Shown here: positions 60,899 to 64,000 of the stretch, in pieces
How positions within the stretch are numbered: the stretch's first letter is position 1
How the letters are laid out: each line of letters starts with the position of its first letter
NCBI GenBank assembly: GCA_010909165.1
Contig: MU008153.1
Span: 932,602 to 996,601 of the forward strand
DNA length: 64,000 nt
Reading direction: 5' to 3'
Source: Anthoceros angustus
Lineage: Eukaryota; Plantae; Anthocerotophyta
Position numbers and translations under genes: made by a program
Notes under the pieces: model-generated
The model's database searches: none
Seen by the model: the letters and a program-made list of their open reading frames with translations, nothing else
Told to the model about the DNA's origin: nothing

Positions 60899-61779
60899 GT
60901 AACCTTGTTTTTGGTACTGCATCCTTTTTCGTCGATTCTGTTGACTTGTTCTGAGATCTTCCTCTGTTGCAGGATATAGGCTGGGATTGATTTTAAAGGG
61001 GGCACGATCTTATCCTTAAAATGCCAAGTGATATATCTGTTGATCGGCAACGTTCTGTCAACTTCCAACGATGGACTGTCGTCTCCATCTGTCCATGGGG
61101 TGCCCTTGTGGCAGGTCGGTATGCTGCTCACAGGTACTGATGCCTGTTTTTGCAACGACGGGATATATTCAATCTAGTATGCAGGATGACTCATCGTAGG
61201 AGACATGGCCCGAAAGGCCACATGAGGCAGAGATGATTTTGAGTTGGGTAAAGTTGATCTATTGTTGTAATCTTAAGAATATCACATCTTTGCCGAGTGG
61301 TCATTAAATTTAGTATGTTTTTCTCGGCCTATCTCGTTAGGCCTCCACGAAATGGGTCTGCTCATATGCTGGCAACTGCTATCAAGGAAACCGCACCGGA
61401 TGCTGTCGGATTGTGTAAGAGTTTTACGTTGTGGTTCTGCCCGCGTTTTAAATAGGCACCCTAATCGATAACATGTGGCATATGAATCTAGGTATTGAGT
61501 GTAGGTAGGTCTTGTAAAATTATTCAAGAGACAATGTGAAGATTTTACAAATATGCAGAGATTGGGAAGGCCCATCTACATAGGGGATTGGGGAATAACC
61601 CTAGAGGGCTCTAGGCCAAGGAAGACTAGTTCCCCCAAATGCCTACTATGATGCTATCTATTACCCCCAACATGTCATAGTGTGGAATGAGGAAGGGCCT
61701 ACTAATCACCGGAGCTGAAGATGCTATGTTCTCCGCGTTCAAATCTTGAAAATTGTGTTTGCCAATGTGTAGAGCAATG

Positions 61780-62190
61780 GATACTCATTGTCAGAAGAAA
61801 GCCACTACACAGGAAAGAGGGAGACCTACCTTGTGCTTGCGGACGTAGTATGCTTTAGCACAAGCCTTAATAAACCTCGAAAAGTCATTGCCCATGGTCG
61901 TGTGACTCTCAATAGCAAGGGGAATGAAAGTATTGCCCTTCCTGCATGGGGGTGTACTTGTGAACCTTGGCTGTAGCACATCTCTCTGCCGCCCAACCCG
62001 GAGGGTTGATGATGACATGCTCCCAGTCGGTATCCCCCGCCCAATCCGGAGGGTTGATAATGACATGCTCCCAAACGGTATCCCCCGCCCAACCCGGAGG
62101 GTTGATAATGACATGCTCCCAGACGGTATCCCGAGTAGGGTCTGTTACAACCACATCTACAACAAAGACGTAGTTGTCATGACACATAGA
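61780..62190 (-). mobile_element. C-terminal restriction-like endonuclease fragment of a CRE/R2-group non-LTR retrotransposon
   Basis: FVVDVVVTDPTRD...GWAAERCATAKVHKY...FIPLAIESHTTMGNDFSRFIKACA...VSIALH follows the D-x-x-V...A...K..KY...F.PLA.ES RLE pattern. One frameshift. Confidence 0.7.
61991..62132. repeat. 48-bp x3 in-frame tandem repeat (DTVWEHVIINPPGWAG)
   Basis: gcccaa(c/t)ccggagggttgat(g/a)atgacatgctccca..cggtatccc occurs three times. Confidence 0.92.
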
Positions 62191-62661
62191 GTGTTGTGTT
62201 GAGTGATGTATCCCTACTAGAAATGGCCCCCTATGTTACAGTCGTTGTTGCAATTTTATGTTACACTTGTAACTTGCAACATCATTTGGAGGCTTGGTAT
62301 TAAGTTTGTCATTTCTTTCCGCATTGGGCCTACAATCTTAACACGAACCTTGCTCTCTCTCCTACCACTTCACCCTCTTAACTACATCCCTCTCTCATAC
62401 GCATTGTTTATGAATTCCCTCATGCAAATGCAACATGGTATAAGGACCCCTCTCTCTTCTCTATCAGTCCCCTCTTTATTACACCCCATTGGAAGTACAA
62501 TTAGTTAATGTTTTTCCTATTGCTCTTCATTGCACTCTCTCTTCACAACTATTGTTAAACCGCCCAAAACACGGATATCACACTAACATGCTCATTAATT
62601 GTCTCTCATTAATTGTCTCCTTCCTCTACCACGACCATAATTCCTATATCAACCTTTTTCC

Positions 62662-62745
62662 CTACCATAGCTATTATTGGCTTGTATACTAATTGTTTAT
62701 GGCTTACCATAGCTATTATTGGCTTGTATACTATTTGTTTATGGC
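62662..62745. repeat. ~41-bp tandem duplication
   Basis: taccatagctattattggcttgtatacta(a/t)ttgtttatggct occurs twice. Confidence 0.85.
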
Positions 62746-64000
62746 TTTTGCACGATATCTTGGTAGAGATAGAATACACATTACCTTCATCGTCGGTACC
62801 TACTTGTAGAATCTGGATTTACCTTCATACGTGTACCTACTTGTAGGTAGGTATTTGTACATGAACCGGATTATCTGATATTTTTATTTCGATCTGACGG
62901 ATATCGCACATTCTTGTGCTATGGTTACCTCTTGTTCTTGCGGTTGCAAAATCGTTTGACTTCGGCTTGAACACGCGACCGCTTGTTCGTCACCATCTGC
63001 CTCCTCCACTCCTGCGTGCATGGACAACTAGGTTCCTTTATACATACATACCTTGATGTCCCGAAATTGGGAAAGGGTGGTACATGAGGACTAATCCCAT
63101 GCTTTTGTCCGGTACCCATGAGCAATGACGTTTCCCCAACCCGTCGCACGGTCTTCACACACACGGCAAACCTAGCAATCGTACTTCAACCCACACCTAC
63201 CAGCAATTCTCGCTTGTGTCACAAAACAGCAATGTCACAATTGTCTGTTACTGAGTCATCGATTCAGGGCAGCCACAAGCTTCTCCCCTTTCCAGCCTTC
63301 ACATCACCACTGCGCTCTGAACCACACATTCATCTAGATGGCAGCTAACTCCTCAGAAGCCCTCACTTTCTTCCTACATAAAACTAAATCCTATGCTACT
63401 TAGGCTTCTTGCAGACACCCCTACACTCATTGGTTGTCCTCAGCGGAAGATTCTTCTTCTTCTTCCAGGTGTAGAACCCGCTGTTTTCTTCCTTTGCTTG
63501 TTGGTGTCATGCTTGGTGCCGCTTTCTCTTCCCTTGCTCACGCCTCCACGCTCTGCGTTTCCCATCCTTCCACAGCTTCCTTCTTTTCGACCACCATGGG
63601 CTGCAACAAAGCACTGATCGGTTCGCCCATTGCATCGCCATTTGCATGACATGTTACACATTTGCACTTACACTTTTCGACCGCGCTCGTGTGATCCTCC
63701 GTGTCGGTGCCACCACTTCCACCCCCCTTCTTCCAGCTGCCCACCAGCAAGCCTTCCCTCCCTCTCCCTCGTTGTCCCCCACCCTCTTCAACTGCAGGTG
63801 TGCCGTCACCGTCAAGTTCTGCCTTGTGGCGGGAGGGACTTGGAATCAAGTGGCGCCATGCGGTTCACGGAAGGAGGGGTGTGTCAAGAGGGCAGCCGGT
63901 GGTAAAGGGCGTGTGTTGGGAGGTGCCGTCACGCCTAGTGACGGCGCTGGACGGAGATGGGGTCGGAGGGAGTGAGGCCGTGAAAGACATGAGGGATGGA

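Noticed and set aside
62925-63975. Possible spliced gene on the minus strand at the right edge
   Set aside because: Some GT-AG-like boundaries and GC-rich ORFs, but no recognisable protein family or consistent frame.

Overview
Nuclear DNA of a seed-free land plant. Short ~70-150 nt introns, PLS-class PPR genes with a WW-type PG box and Tat/Athila-like and CRE-like retroelements fit a hornwort best, though a fern or lycophyte is not excluded (inference). Host genes: soluble starch synthase I (minus, runs off the left edge), a DDR4-like DDT-domain chromatin protein (minus), two intronless head-to-head PLS-PPR RNA-editing factors (24.4-30.1 kb) and a vacuolar sorting receptor (plus). The rest is a mosaic of decayed or nested mobile DNA: a chromovirus-like Ty3/gypsy, a Tat/Athila-like Ty3/gypsy with 4.86-kb LTRs, two Ty1/copia remnants, two pogo-like TIR elements and CRE-like non-LTR fragments. 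It also holds pseudogenic pieces of mTERF, an ALP1/HARBI1-like gene and 25S rRNA. Top candidates for novelty: (1) an OSB-type PDF ssDNA-binding motif fused to the N-terminus of a PPR editing factor, with a decayed copy in its paralog; (2) a giant LTR whose U3 carries a long protein-coding region; (3) a three-intron antisense gene inside a copia element; (4) a splice acceptor in SS1 built from a duplicated piece of its own exon. Caveat: repeat copies differ by many 1-3 nt indels, which resembles unpolished long-read consensus, so frameshifts and some duplications in repeats may be artefacts. No database searches were run; family calls rest on recognised motifs.
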